From positions 744,001 to 808,000 of the forward strand of contig JAKIMF020000005.1 in NCBI GenBank assembly GCA_022605425.2: a DNA stretch of 64,000 nucleotides, given 5' to 3'. This document shows positions 38,037-50,050 of the stretch, in pieces. Position numbers and translations under genes: made by a program. Within the stretch, counting starts at the first letter, position 1. Each line of letters begins with the position of its first letter. The DNA comes from Hamiltosporidium tvaerminnensis FI-OER-3-3 (Eukaryota; Fungi; Microsporidia). The notes under the pieces are model-generated. The model saw nothing but the letters and a program-made list of their open reading frames with translations, did not search any database and was not told where the DNA came from.

Positions 38037-40444
38037 TATTATTCAACTTATCGAAGGAAAATCTTATAATACGATATTTTTAATAAAAATCTGTCTCTGA
38101 GAGCTAAGACTTGTATTTATTATTAACAATATATTTTTCTTTTAGAATTTAAAGATTATTTATACAGTTAAAAGACAAATTAAATAAGTAAAAAAATAGC
38201 AATCAATAAACGTAAAAACACATATAAAAAGAATATTAAGAGAAAAAATATTTGATTCATCGTAAGATTTAATATCATTCTCGACTAAAATTTTATCCTA
38301 GATCAAAAATATTTGAGGTCAGCATAGTCACTTTTTTTTATATTCTAATTCGGTTCATTTTGAGATGAAATGAAAAAAATTCAAATATTCAATACAAAAT
38401 AGCACATTTTATATTTTTTATATTATAGTAACGCAATTCGATATTGTATAGATATTTCATTTAAAACACAATATAAGAATCTTTTAGATACTTACATCCG
38501 GAAGTATTTCCCCTGAAAGGTATACGAAACCCATTTAATGAATGGGGTAGCTACATAGTGTTATATATCTTGCCAAGAGATTAATCGCAAGTAAAAACCT
38601 TCATTGAACACACCAAAGGCAATCTCACTTAGTCTGTAATTTTCAAGCGAAATAACATATAGAAAATACATATCGGTAACCTAAATAGAGTCCATCTATA
38701 TGTTTCCCACCCATATCAACACTTATAACCTGCTAGTTAATATTCCTAAATTTTTGAAAAAAATATTTTTTTTACTTTTCGAATGTGTAGCCTTTTTCGA
38801 GCGAGCAATCTTAATTCCAATTCTTTTTATGGAAATCACTATAAGTTCAGCCTTGGTTTACAATTTAGTTAAATAAGAATGCGAACTAAATTATTAGAAA
38901 TTTTAATCATTTTATAGCTCCCTTTCTTTTGGAAAACCAAATGAAGAAAGTGAAATTTTAGTGTGGTTTTCATCCTTTAAAAAATTATAACAAAAATATC
39001 ACAAAAATTTCACCTGATCATTTCACAAAGAAGGATTTAATTCTAGTTATCTTCCCTCAAGCATTTATAATTAGAAAATAATATTTTTTCTTATAAATAC
39101 TAAATTTATTTTTTTGATAGTTATTTAATACCAAGTTATCCTTATCTCTTGTCTTTATTTGGTTTATTTTACCTCTTTTACGAATTTATTTGGTCATCAT
39201 TTTATACTTGAGTCAATGATTTCATAAATTATTTATAACTAGACATTAAGCACATAGAAACGAACTTTCTTTTACATTCATAAGAAAAAAAGGCCGAAAA
39301 TAATCTGAACTTACTTATCTGAGCCATAATTCCACAATAATTTCAACTAAATCTTATACTCTCACCTAGTCTGTTTCTCGCATATTTTTTTTATCTTTTA
39401 TTACAAAATTATTACCTGCTTTTGAGCAATTTCTAAATAAAATTTAGGCTTTTTTAACCTGAATATTTCTCTTACTATTTTATATTTCTTTCGATTTTTC
39501 AGAGCTTGAGCTCGGCTTAAATATTTAGTCTGTTTACATTCCCTCTATTTTTATTCATCCTGTCCTTTTTTGTGCGGACATGTATTCTTGTAAAGTGTTT
39601 TACTTGTCTGAAAAAACTGTGTTTTTTAACTATATGCTATTTGTTAATTTATTTATTGTATAAATTCTTAATAATTTTACTAATATTCCTTTAATTTAAT
39701 GAAGTATGAAGTTCCATGAAGCTAATATTCAATTAATATTTGTTTTATGCAATTATTTTCGAGAATATACATAAACTGCACAGAAGAATGATGGAAAGCA
39801 TCAATCTTATCATACAATTTTTTACCTAACTGTAAATTCTTAGAAAATAAATCTCAACAAATTAATTTAAATTTTTTAAACAGAAAACTCTGAGGAAAAT
39901 GAAAAAAAAAATATATTCTTTTGTTTTTCCTTTCATATTAATACAGTCTAGAAAGGATTTTAACAATTTTTATTTCGAATATTTTTTTTCAACAAATAGA
40001 AATTTTTTAATTGTTTTATGTTCACTTCTACTCACTATTATTGGTTGCATAAGATTTATGAACAAATATAAAGAAACATATCTTAATTGGAGCACTCTTA
40101 TTGGTGCCTTATATTCTTTTACCTAATTAAACATTTCGAGGTGAGTCGTCGTCGAGAGATTACTGAATTATATAAATGATAAAATAGTATTCTAAATAAA
40201 TGACATCATATTTCGGGGTAAATAATTGCAGATTGTTTTATTATAAATACTTCAAGTCAATTGTTTTATGAGATTAGACTTTAAATTTTAGATCGATGTT
40301 TCTTATAAAATTTAAGACTTGGGTGATTTAGTTTTTAATCAACACATTTTTTTCCTCGCTGATATGCACTTGTACAAGGAAATCAATACATAATTTTAGA
40401 ATGATTATAACAATATTATATCTTAAAAATACTTATTTACATAT

Positions 40445-42913
40445 TTATAGTATTTTAACTATAAGTTTTATTATTTCATTGATATTCTGCTCATCAACAT
40501 AATTTTCATTTAAAACCTTCTTGACTTTCATAATAATATCATTTTTTCTAGAAATTTTATTAGTTGGAAATATTTCATATTCTTTTATTTCTGTGACATT
40601 AGAATTTAAATAAATATTTTTAAGAAATTCAATTGAAGAATCTGCCACTTCATTATTTTTAATAGCTTGTAGTGATTTGACAATACCAAATCCTTTTTGC
40701 CCAATATTATAATCACTTCCTAATAAGTAACATAGTTTTATTAAATCTAATTGATTTAAATTTAATTTTGATTGAATATTTTGTAATGAATAACATGTCG
40801 GTACTTTGTTCTTCTTAAAAAAGTTTCTATAAACTTTATTGGCACCGTAAATAAGTACATCGTTATCTTCTGTAATAACACCATCTACAATGTTGTTTAT
40901 GTTGAGATATGCACACTGAGAATCTGCTTCCATGGGAGAAATAATGTAGGGAAGATTAAATGCTTTTAAAATGCTTTGTACTGCAATAGCAAAATTAAGT
41001 TCGTGAGGAATCAGATTATTAGAGATTTTTATATCAGTAATGCCATTTTCTGGAATGACTTGTGTTTGATTTAATATTTCAGTGTTCTGTAATGAATCGA
41101 TGTTTATGCTTGTTTTAGAAATGAGATTATTTGGATCGTTTCCATCTTTTGGTTCATATGTTATATCTTCTATATGTCTCATTGGTGGAATGTGAGGTGT
41201 GCAAGACTCTGAATATGATTTTAGATCTGATGATTCGCTCTTAGCTTCTTCTGAGTATTTCGTCGCAAGATCAATAGTTTCTGTATTTTCTTCTTCAAAT
41301 TTAGAATCTGTTGATTTATCACCCAAATCATCAATATATTTTACTTTATTATCTTCAAATTTAGAATCTGTTGATTTACCACCCAAATCATCAATATATT
41401 TGACTCCTTTGTCCTCAGATTTTAGATTTATGAATTTTTCGTTCGAAATATTTGATTCTTTGCATTCAAATGTTATATTGTTATTTGAATCATTAATTTT
41501 TATGAGTTCAGGTCTTTTTTCGGTTTGAAGATTGCTTTCCAAATTCAAATCAAAAGAGTAAATATTTTTGCTCGTTTTTAAATTCTCATTTACTGAAATA
41601 TCAGAACCTAAATTTCCTACCATCTTCTCGTTTTCGGATAAAATAGAAATCTTACCTGAAATATCTTTTAATGACGATTCGTTACATTCTTTTTTCTGTT
41701 TAAAATATTCAGATTTATTATTTTCGGATTCGATGATTTTTAAGTTATTGAAGCTATCCTCGTTACTGACATCTATTGCTAGATTAACTTCTTGGGAATC
41801 AAAAGAATTATGTTGTACTTCTTTGAGCCATTCATCCAAACTTTCTTCTTTTTCATCAGTTTCTACTAAATTTATACTTTTAATTTCTTTTTTATTTTCT
41901 TCAAAAATTTCATCAATAAAAATATTTTTACCATTTTTTTCAAATTCAAAATAAGTTTTACAATCACTTAAAACTCTTTTTTTTGCTGCACAACCCAAAT
42001 TAGAAATATGTGTTGTCACTTTGTTTCTTTTCTTTACATTTTCCATCTGTGAAATACTAAATTTTTCCATATCAGAATTGTCCTGGTAAGAAGACATTCC
42101 TCGCATTTCTCGCAAATATACCAAATATTTTAATTTTTTCTTCTTTGATAAATTTTCATATTCTTTTGTATCCAAATAATCTGTTAAATTTCCAAAAAAT
42201 ATTTCTTTGTCTCTAATATTTTTCAAATGTTCTTCTTCTGAAATATTTGGACAATATATATTTTTACCTTCATCATTGTATTTATTTACTTTACATTTTT
42301 CCTTTTTAAAAATCTTTTTCTTTTCTTCTCTAAAGTCTAAATTATTTTTAGAAACATTTTTTGTATTTATAATAGACTTTTCAGTATCTGTAAAATGATT
42401 ATCTGTAACACAATCATAGGTATTATATTCATTATTATCAAAAAATATATTATCTTCATATTCACTCATACTAGATATATCATCTCCCCAATCATATTCA
42501 TGATTTTCTAATCTATCAATACAATTTTTATAAATTTTACTGAATAAATTATCCTTTTCAACACTTGCATGGACACATTCGTTATATTTTTTACAACAAA
42601 TTTTACAAATCTTTTTTTCAATAAATTTACGTGCCAAGTCTGATAAATCAACATAATTACGTAAATTTCTACGTTCTTCACATACTTTCCGTTTCAAATC
42701 TGGAATATTTCCATCAAATACAAATACCGGTTTAATTTTATAATAAATTAATTTTAATATTCGTTTTGTAATAAAATATAGAGATTGATTGTGTGGCAAT
42801 GAAGAATACTGATACATCCATATGCTTATATCTATTGCTAGTTTTTTATCATCAAAATTTATTTCTTCTTCTGCACAATTTTTTAAAATTTTCCATAAAT
42901 TTTTTACACCCAT
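40445..42913 (-). CDS. RAD2: XPG/Rad2 endonuclease, copy 2 (intact)
   Basis: Same length and motifs as copy 1. Confidence 0.93.
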   Translation of the reverse strand: MGVKNLWKILKNCAEEEINFDDKKLAIDISIWMYQYSSLPHNQSLYFITKRILKLIYYKIKPVFVFDGNIPDLKRKVCEERRNLRNYVDLSDLARKFIEKKICKICCKKYNECVHASVEKDNLFSKIYKNCIDRLENHEYDWGDDISSMSEYEDNIFFDNNEYNTYDCVTDNHFTDTEKSIINTKNVSKNNLDFREEKKKIFKKEKCKVNKYNDEGKNIYCPNISEEEHLKNIRDKEIFFGNLTDYLDTKEYENLSKKKKLKYLVYLREMRGMSSYQDNSDMEKFSISQMENVKKRNKVTTHISNLGCAAKKRVLSDCKTYFEFEKNGKNIFIDEIFEENKKEIKSINLVETDEKEESLDEWLKEVQHNSFDSQEVNLAIDVSNEDSFNNLKIIESENNKSEYFKQKKECNESSLKDISGKISILSENEKMVGNLGSDISVNENLKTSKNIYSFDLNLESNLQTEKRPELIKINDSNNNITFECKESNISNEKFINLKSEDKGVKYIDDLGGKSTDSKFEDNKVKYIDDLGDKSTDSKFEEENTETIDLATKYSEEAKSESSDLKSYSESCTPHIPPMRHIEDITYEPKDGNDPNNLISKTSINIDSLQNTEILNQTQVIPENGITDIKISNNLIPHELNFAIAVQSILKAFNLPYIISPMEADSQCAYLNINNIVDGVITEDNDVLIYGANKVYRNFFKKNKVPTCYSLQNIQSKLNLNQLDLIKLCYLLGSDYNIGQKGFGIVKSLQAIKNNEVADSSIEFLKNIYLNSNVTEIKEYEIFPTNKISRKNDIIMKVKKVLNENYVDEQNINEIIKLIVKIL

Positions 42914-43229
42914 AAAAACAATAAAAATTTTCAAAATATTTATTTTCTAAATTTGATTTAATATTGATTGATTCGTTTTATAGTAATTTTCTTTAATTTT
43001 ACCTCCTTTTTAACAACTTATCCATTATCATTGAATATTTACTACTTATTCCCTCCCTTCTGTACCTCTCAAAGTATAAATTTATTTTCCGAAATGCAAA
43101 AGTTTTCTTCAACAAATACACTCTTTACACGAGTTAATCTAAAAAATAAAAAAGTTTATTTAGAATTCTAAAAAAAGGATTTTCTACAAACAAATACAAA
43201 GCTTTAAACGCATTTTAGAAATAATAATT

Positions 43230-44126
43230 TTATTTTTTTGATTTTGTTTTTATTTTGACAAAACTTTGTTCTTCTATTGGTGTTTCAATTATATTTTCTG
43301 ATAGTTTAGATTTAGAAGTTTTAAATAGAAAAGATTTTAATTGGTACTTTTTTAAGAAAAAAATTGTGGATTTTAACGAATTTTGATAATCAGAGAAATC
43401 CAAACCTCTTAGCGTTTCTAATATTTCTTTTATATCAAATAAATTAAATTCTTCTAAATTTAGATTTGAATTGTGTTTTTTACACGGACATACATTAAAA
43501 AGAAGTGAACCATTAGAGAAATCAGATCTAAAAAGCAAAATACTAAAAAAATTATAAATATCTACATTTTCTTCTAAATTATTTATCAATTTTTGTTTTG
43601 GATCATCATCAAATAAATAGATACCATTTAATTTAGTATTTCTATGGTATGGAATACCATTGGATTCATCGGTATTGTTATGAATATAAAGTTTATATTC
43701 TTTCTTATTTTCACAACAAATATATTTACTAAAAATATTTTTCCAATACTTAAAAAGCTTGTGAGAATTTAAAAATCCTTTTTTAGTATTTTTTGAACTT
43801 TTACCGAAAATTATTTCCTTTTTTGGTTGACTAAACACTTCTAAAAAAGTAGGTGACAAATATTTTAAAAGAGCCAGGATAGTACCATTGATAAATCCTT
43901 TTTGCATATTTCTTGGTTTAAATTCTCCTGTACTATCTAATATAGAAATATATACAATGTTTTTTTCTTTCATTTCAAAAACAATACCAGCAACGAATAT
44001 TTCATTCTGTTCTTGTATTTGCCAAAACAAAAACATTATTTTTGATATTTTTTCATCATAAATCCCAGTGTATTTTATTTTAATATCTCCGTTTATATCT
44101 TTTAAATTTACAAAAACGGTTTCCAT
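43230..44126 (-). CDS. RTT109: Rtt109-like acetyltransferase, copy 2 (intact)
   Basis: Same length and motifs as copy 1. Confidence 0.8.
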   Translation of the reverse strand: METVFVNLKDINGDIKIKYTGIYDEKISKIMFLFWQIQEQNEIFVAGIVFEMKEKNIVYISILDSTGEFKPRNMQKGFINGTILALLKYLSPTFLEVFSQPKKEIIFGKSSKNTKKGFLNSHKLFKYWKNIFSKYICCENKKEYKLYIHNNTDESNGIPYHRNTKLNGIYLFDDDPKQKLINNLEENVDIYNFFSILLFRSDFSNGSLLFNVCPCKKHNSNLNLEEFNLFDIKEILETLRGLDFSDYQNSLKSTIFFLKKYQLKSFLFKTSKSKLSENIIETPIEEQSFVKIKTKSKK

Positions 44127-45240
44127 AAATTGGATGGAGTATTCAAAAAAATTAAGAAGGTAAAAATTTTGAGAAACCAAGTGACAAATTTATAAAAATA
44201 TTTTAGAAAATATGTTTTTTTTAAAGATAAAAGCAATTATTTTGTTTTTATTTCTGAACGAAAGAATCAAAAAAATATAAAAATCTGAAAACAACGATCA
44301 CCTAAACAAAAATTGGGTCGAAGTTAAGAAATGCAAAATTTACTCAAAATACACATATTTTTAAAAAAGAGTAAAGTTCATCTTAATTTATATGATATTA
44401 AGACACAAGAATTCCCGATCATCGACCCAACACAATAGTTTAGAAATATAAAATCATAGTTTTTCGCAATATACTCAGGCATATAAACCTTCAAATATAA
44501 CAATAAATTCATAAACAGAATTATACTTGTAAAGTTTAAAAACCGTCAGAAATGCTTTATTACCTTTTAATTGATAAATACAAATGAATTATTTTTTTTT
44601 TTGCAGCAAAAAAACGTTTTATGGAATCATTCGAAAATTTTAACAAAGTTCATGGGTATTCTGATCATAAATTTTTTACACGAATAGATTTGTATCTTAA
44701 ATGTTTAAAAACAGTAAAATAAACTAATAAGAACGAAATAAATGCGTTATTTCTTCAGGAAGTTAGCAAAAGTTCTATTATTCATCTTTTTGTGTTTTAC
44801 ATAATTCTGAGTGGAAATCATTAAAATGAGATCCAAATAAACCTTACCAGAAATAGGTTAAAAAATAACTGAAATATTCAAAAAAGAGTTCTTATATTAT
44901 ATTGATTGGATATTTTAAGTTGAAGAAAATACATCTAACTCTTTGAATGACAAACAGTTCCAAAGCCATGCATTTTGTAAAAAATATCTCATTGTGTGAA
45001 ACTTCTTAAAGAAAAATTTAGATACCTTTCAAAGGAAAAAAAGTAAGTAAAATTTCTTTATACATGTCTATAAAAATTTCTATGGAAAGCAGATAACAAC
45101 AAAAACTTAAATATACACTACCGAAACTTCTAGGCATGCAATTTTTTTTGGTCAAAAAGCTAAGCTTTCCTACTTTTAGCAGTCCTGTTTTACCTTTCGG
45201 TCTCGAGGAGGACAAATGAAAGTTTCCACTGGTTCATTTA

Positions 45241-45385
45241 CTCTGTTATAACTCAGAAGTATAGAGGATCGAACTATAGCTCAAGTGTGGCTTATATCTC
45301 ACTAAAATGGCAACAATGATATTCACCCCATTTATATACACTTAATGCCAATCATATGGTTTTTAATGTGTCTATCCTTCCTCCG
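45241..45385 (-). repeat. Partial R1 core copy
   Basis: tctgttataactc..ctatag.tc.agtgtgg.ttata..cactaaaatg..ttttaatgtg aligns with 32650-32790. Confidence 0.75.
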
Positions 45386-45647
45386 TCTCATGTAATTTTA
45401 TACCTGATTAAATTACAAAATTTCAATCAATATAATTAAGAAGCAATCAAATTCTTTTTTTTCACTTATACATTATCACGGTAAAACTGCTTTTTCAGAC
45501 AAAGAAAAGGCTTTACATGAATAAATGTCAACAAAAATTTAAATCAAATTGATGAAGACCGATGCTGATCTTGATTGATCAAATAAAGAAATAATAAATT
45601 CAAACAATTATAAATTTAAACACAAATAAAACAGAATAGGAAAAATA

Positions 45648-46597
45648 ATTTATATAATTTAGTAATGCCCCGAAGACGAAGACGAAGACGAACACGACTC
45701 ACCTCGAAATGTTTAATTGGTTAAGAGAATATATGACACCAATAGGCGTGCTCCAATTAAGATAAGTCGCTTTCTATTTGTTCATAAATCTTACACAACA
45801 AATAATAGCGAGTAGAAGTGAACATAAAAAAATTAAAAAGATTTTATTGGTTCAGAAAAATATTTGAAATAAATATTGTTAAAATTGTTTCTAGACGTAT
45901 TAATATGCGTGAAAAACAAATAAATCTATTTTTTTATTTTTCTAAAGTATTCTGTTAAAAAAAAAATTAAATCAAGTTGTTCTGATTTCTTTTCTATGAA
46001 TTTACAGTTAGTTAAAAAATTGTATGATAAGATTGATGTTTTTTTTCATTCTTCCGTGTAATTTATTTATATTCTCAATACAAATTGCACAAAAAAATTT
46101 GCTTGAATAGCTCCGTGGAACTTTATACTTGATTAATTTAAAAGAATATTGGTAAAATTACCAAGAATTTATACAATAAATAAATTAACAAATAGCATAT
46201 AGTTAAAAAAAACGGTTTTTTCAGATAAGTAAAACACTTTACAAGAATACGTTTCTTTACAGAAAAAGGACAGGATGAATAAAAATAGGGAACAATGTGA
46301 ACAGAAAAATATTTAAGCAGAGCTTAAGCTCTCAAAAATTAAAAGAAATATAAATGAGTAAGAGAAATATTCAGGTTAAAAAAGCCTAAATTTTTATTAC
46401 GAAATTGCCTAAAAGCAGGTAATAATTTTGAAATTTAAGACTAAAAAAATATACGAAAAACAGGCTAGGTGAGAGTATAAAATTTTTATTGAATTTTTGA
46501 AAAATTATGTCTCAGATAAGTAAGTTTAAGATGATTTTCGCGTTTTTTTCTTATGAATGTAAAATAAAGTTCGTTTCTAAGAGTTTAATTTCTAGTA
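45648..46597 (+). repeat. Third copy of the 0.9-kb non-coding repeat, with an expanded (GAAGAC)n unit
   Basis: Collinear with 4531-5468; gaagacgaagacgaagacgaacacgac replaces gacgacgac. Confidence 0.9.
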
Positions 46598-47521
46598 TGA
46601 TAAGTAAAATATAGCCTTAAATTTTATTATGAATTTGATCAAAAGCGGCTAAAAATGAAGATATGAAATTTTAACAAAATTACTAATAAACAATTTGAAA
46701 GGAGCCATAAAAGCCCGAATGAAAAAAACCAAGATATTGTAACTATATTAATCAAGTTCAAGAAAATGAATCATAAAATATGATTTTTCTGTAAAATTAA
46801 AATCTTTTCTACGATTTCAATGGCTAATATATTCAATTTCTAGCATTTATTTCATGTCCTCTGATAGTTTTTATAACAAAGAGCTAGTTTGGAATCAATT
46901 TAACGTGAATAACATTTTAATAAATCTATAATCTAGTTTTATGACTATTTAAAACTTTTCAATTTTTTCTCAAAGTAAATCTGAAAATTTGAATCAATAT
47001 CTGAGTTTGAGAAATGCTAGACAATATAAAGATAAATAAATAGAGTGAGAGAAATGCCTTTGGTATTAAATTGAAGTATAGATGATATTCAAATGACAAA
47101 AAACGGGATTACAAGAAATATTTAACACAAATGCCTTCTATGATATAGTTTTTTAAATTAGTAAATTTAAATGTTTCATTCAGTTAGAAATAATTTTTAT
47201 TGATTCGAGAGCTTGTAAAATCACAATAATACATGTAAAAAAACAGAAGTATCTAACATAAAAATGTTTTTAAATACATAAATATTATTTTAAGATTAGT
47301 TCAAGTTTAGTATTACTTTGAGATGTTTTTTACACATAATATCATATATGATAAGAGACTATTAAAGTTCGATACTTTTGTGATTTCAGTCTTAATCAAA
47401 TCTGTCAATTTTTTTTAGCTGTCAAAAAATTTTTTGCCGTCAAAATCAAAAGCCTTCAAAATGTCATTTGTACATTTTAGGTAAATTCATCAAGTATATA
47501 ACAAAAGAAAATTTCTATCCC

Positions 47522-49237
47522 ATGAATTTTTTCTATATATTCTTCATTCATGTTTTAGCAACAGATCGAAGATATTCTGGGCTCTTGCAGGATCCAACAG
47601 TTGTCGATAATTCATACATAGAGCTTTCTATAGCTGATTACGCCACACCTTCAATCAAAAATTACATTGTAGTTGGTATAAGCAAAGATATTGGTGAAAA
47701 CAGACTTAAAGAAATAAATTTGGTCATAGATTCTTATATGTATTATATTAGAGAATATATAATCGAACCATCTATACATGAATTTTTAGAAAAATTTACA
47801 ATTTTGGTTTGTATCATAATTTATGGATCTGATACAGAGACTCTTGTTAAGTTTAGGGTGGAATTATTGACAAATATAATTGCATTTGGAAGATTTATTG
47901 AACTGTATAGAAAAGAATCGGAGCTTGGTTCAATTGTTAAACCACTGATTAAGAGCTTTTTAATAAATGAGTTTGAATCTTTAGCCAATACAAGTAAAAG
48001 CTATAATAAAGATATGGAAGAGATGAGTGTGATCTTTAATAGGGTATACGAAGATATCATGAACTCTAATATTAAAGATTTTTCTGAGGAAATTATTGAA
48101 TTGGAAAATGTTGAATTATCTTTTGATCGAATTCCTGAGACAATAAGTAATGTACAAAAAAATTTTAATGATGCATCTTTTGAACGACTCTTTTCTTTTT
48201 GGTTATCAGTTAAATACGCCTATCTTGCAAAAAATATTTTTACGTTAGATGATCATCAGGAATCTAAGAATAAGAAATTTTCATTGTTTCTGGATAATAA
48301 ATTTCTAAACAAAATTTCAGAACGAGATACTAGGTGGCAAGATAGTTTTTACACTAAAATTACACCCGATCTGTTTCAAAATATGATAAAATACATTGCA
48401 AGTCCAGTAATTAAAAAAATCCTCACCGATGAAGATAAGTTTCAGGATATATTAAATTTTGAGCTAAATAAAAATTCAAGCGAAACTGTTCTTCCAGTCG
48501 ATGAAAATTTCCCAACTGAATTTACCAATCTATTTATTGAAAAAAGTAAATCTAATCAACTTATTGTCATTTACAATCTTTTGATAAGTGTATCGAAAGA
48601 AGAGTATCATAAATGTATATCGGCTGTGATTTGTCTAAAGGTTCTGTGTTTTGAAAAAGCATTATCCGATAACGAAGTTATATTAAGAATTATCATTGAA
48701 TTTTTGTTTTTCGTAGATATTTTAAATACGGAATTTGAAAAACAAAAATATACAGAACAAATGAATTTTTTGAGCGAAGAATTTAAAGGAGTTTTTGACC
48801 TGTCAAAACTTCCTTCTGATTTAGAAAATCAAGAAAATGATAATGAATTATTTCTAATTGAAACAGTAGCGCCGAAAATTTTGAATCTTATAGAGATGCT
48901 AGTATTAATCAATACATTTGGTGATGATGTTTTTTTAGATAAGTTAGATAAATGCATTATTAAAGTTTTGAACAAAACAAATAATGAACAGTTCGAGTTG
49001 AAATCAATACTGGATAAACAGAAAGAATACGTATCGTTTGTATTTGAAGAAGAATCCAAAAGATATATTTCAAGCAAATCACAGAATAAACAGCAAGAAA
49101 ATAAGAATAATAAATCTAAAGAAGAAAATACATCGAACTTCGCATCAAAAAAAAATATGTTCATTATTCTATCAATACTCTTATTACTTGCAATATGTGG
49201 TCTATGTGGATATTTACTTTTGCGTAAGAGAAGTTAA
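47522..49237 (+). CDS. Type I membrane protein (signal peptide, helical ectodomain, C-terminal TM); unknown function
   Basis: ATG at 47522 preceded by CCC. N-terminus MNFFYIFFIHVLATD; C-terminus MFIILSILLLLAICGLCGYLLLRKRS after a low-complexity K/N/Q linker. Confidence 0.88.
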   Translation: MNFFYIFFIHVLATDRRYSGLLQDPTVVDNSYIELSIADYATPSIKNYIVVGISKDIGENRLKEINLVIDSYMYYIREYIIEPSIHEFLEKFTILVCIIIYGSDTETLVKFRVELLTNIIAFGRFIELYRKESELGSIVKPLIKSFLINEFESLANTSKSYNKDMEEMSVIFNRVYEDIMNSNIKDFSEEIIELENVELSFDRIPETISNVQKNFNDASFERLFSFWLSVKYAYLAKNIFTLDDHQESKNKKFSLFLDNKFLNKISERDTRWQDSFYTKITPDLFQNMIKYIASPVIKKILTDEDKFQDILNFELNKNSSETVLPVDENFPTEFTNLFIEKSKSNQLIVIYNLLISVSKEEYHKCISAVICLKVLCFEKALSDNEVILRIIIEFLFFVDILNTEFEKQKYTEQMNFLSEEFKGVFDLSKLPSDLENQENDNELFLIETVAPKILNLIEMLVLINTFGDDVFLDKLDKCIIKVLNKTNNEQFELKSILDKQKEYVSFVFEEESKRYISSKSQNKQQENKNNKSKEENTSNFASKKNMFIILSILLLLAICGLCGYLLLRKRS

Positions 49238-49399
49238 CTATACAATAAAGTTTATATTTTGAAATTTATTTTTTATATGTTTTATAATGATTTTTATTTA
49301 ATTAAAATTAAAGTTAGTAAATTTGGTCTCTTTATGTATTATTTTCGCCCATTTAAACATTTCTTTCCTTCCTCTAAATCCGACTTTTAGTTTATTTAA

Positions 49400-50050
49400 T
49401 GTCGATTCCTCCGCTGTGATCACACTATTTAAAATAATGAGTATAATATTTTTCTCATATTCTGTTTTAACACAAATTTCCTGGTTGTCTACTTACTTTA
49501 AAGAATGGGTTAGTTGTTTTTGCATCTCAGCTCCTAAAATAAAACCTAATTACATTCTCTCCTAGATCTCTTCGGTATTCTATCTTGACTCAAGTCTTTC
49601 GATTAAAAGAAATTGTTTCGACCCTCTTCCTGAGTACGTTGGATCGTATATATTCCTCCACATTGATGGGTATTTGCAATATTTTAGGATACATCTTATG
49701 CTGTTCTTACACAATACAGTACCATGTCATCACATATGGGATTATCTTAACACAAACTTATAAATAAGACCCAGTTCATTTGCTAGTAGGTTATATATGC
49801 TAAGTTTCTCCGTTTAAACTGTTTGAAGTAGGTCTTAGGAAGTGATACCTACTTTAATGAGTGTTATCTTATTTTTTTCTCTTGTCCAAAATAAATATAT
49901 CTGGCGTATTACACCGAATATGGGCATCATTTTTGATACTGTTGTCTTTTCTTTTTACGGCATACTCATTATCAAGAATTGCTTATACTATATGGCTCTT
50001 AATTCGTTCCGAGAACTTAAACTTATATATATTTAGAAGGTGTATGTGCA
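49400..50050 (-). mobile_element. Very decayed 3' fragment of an RTE-like LINE
   Basis: taagtttc..taggtcttagga (49801) resembles 22222-22260; minus-strand remnants RKNKIT..FLRP..GET and QDRIPKR. Confidence 0.45.

Larger units (their letters stand above)
30120..44707 (-). repeat. Right arm of the inverted segmental duplication
   Basis: Reverse complement of 1..~14520 with all genes mirrored. Confidence 0.96.
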
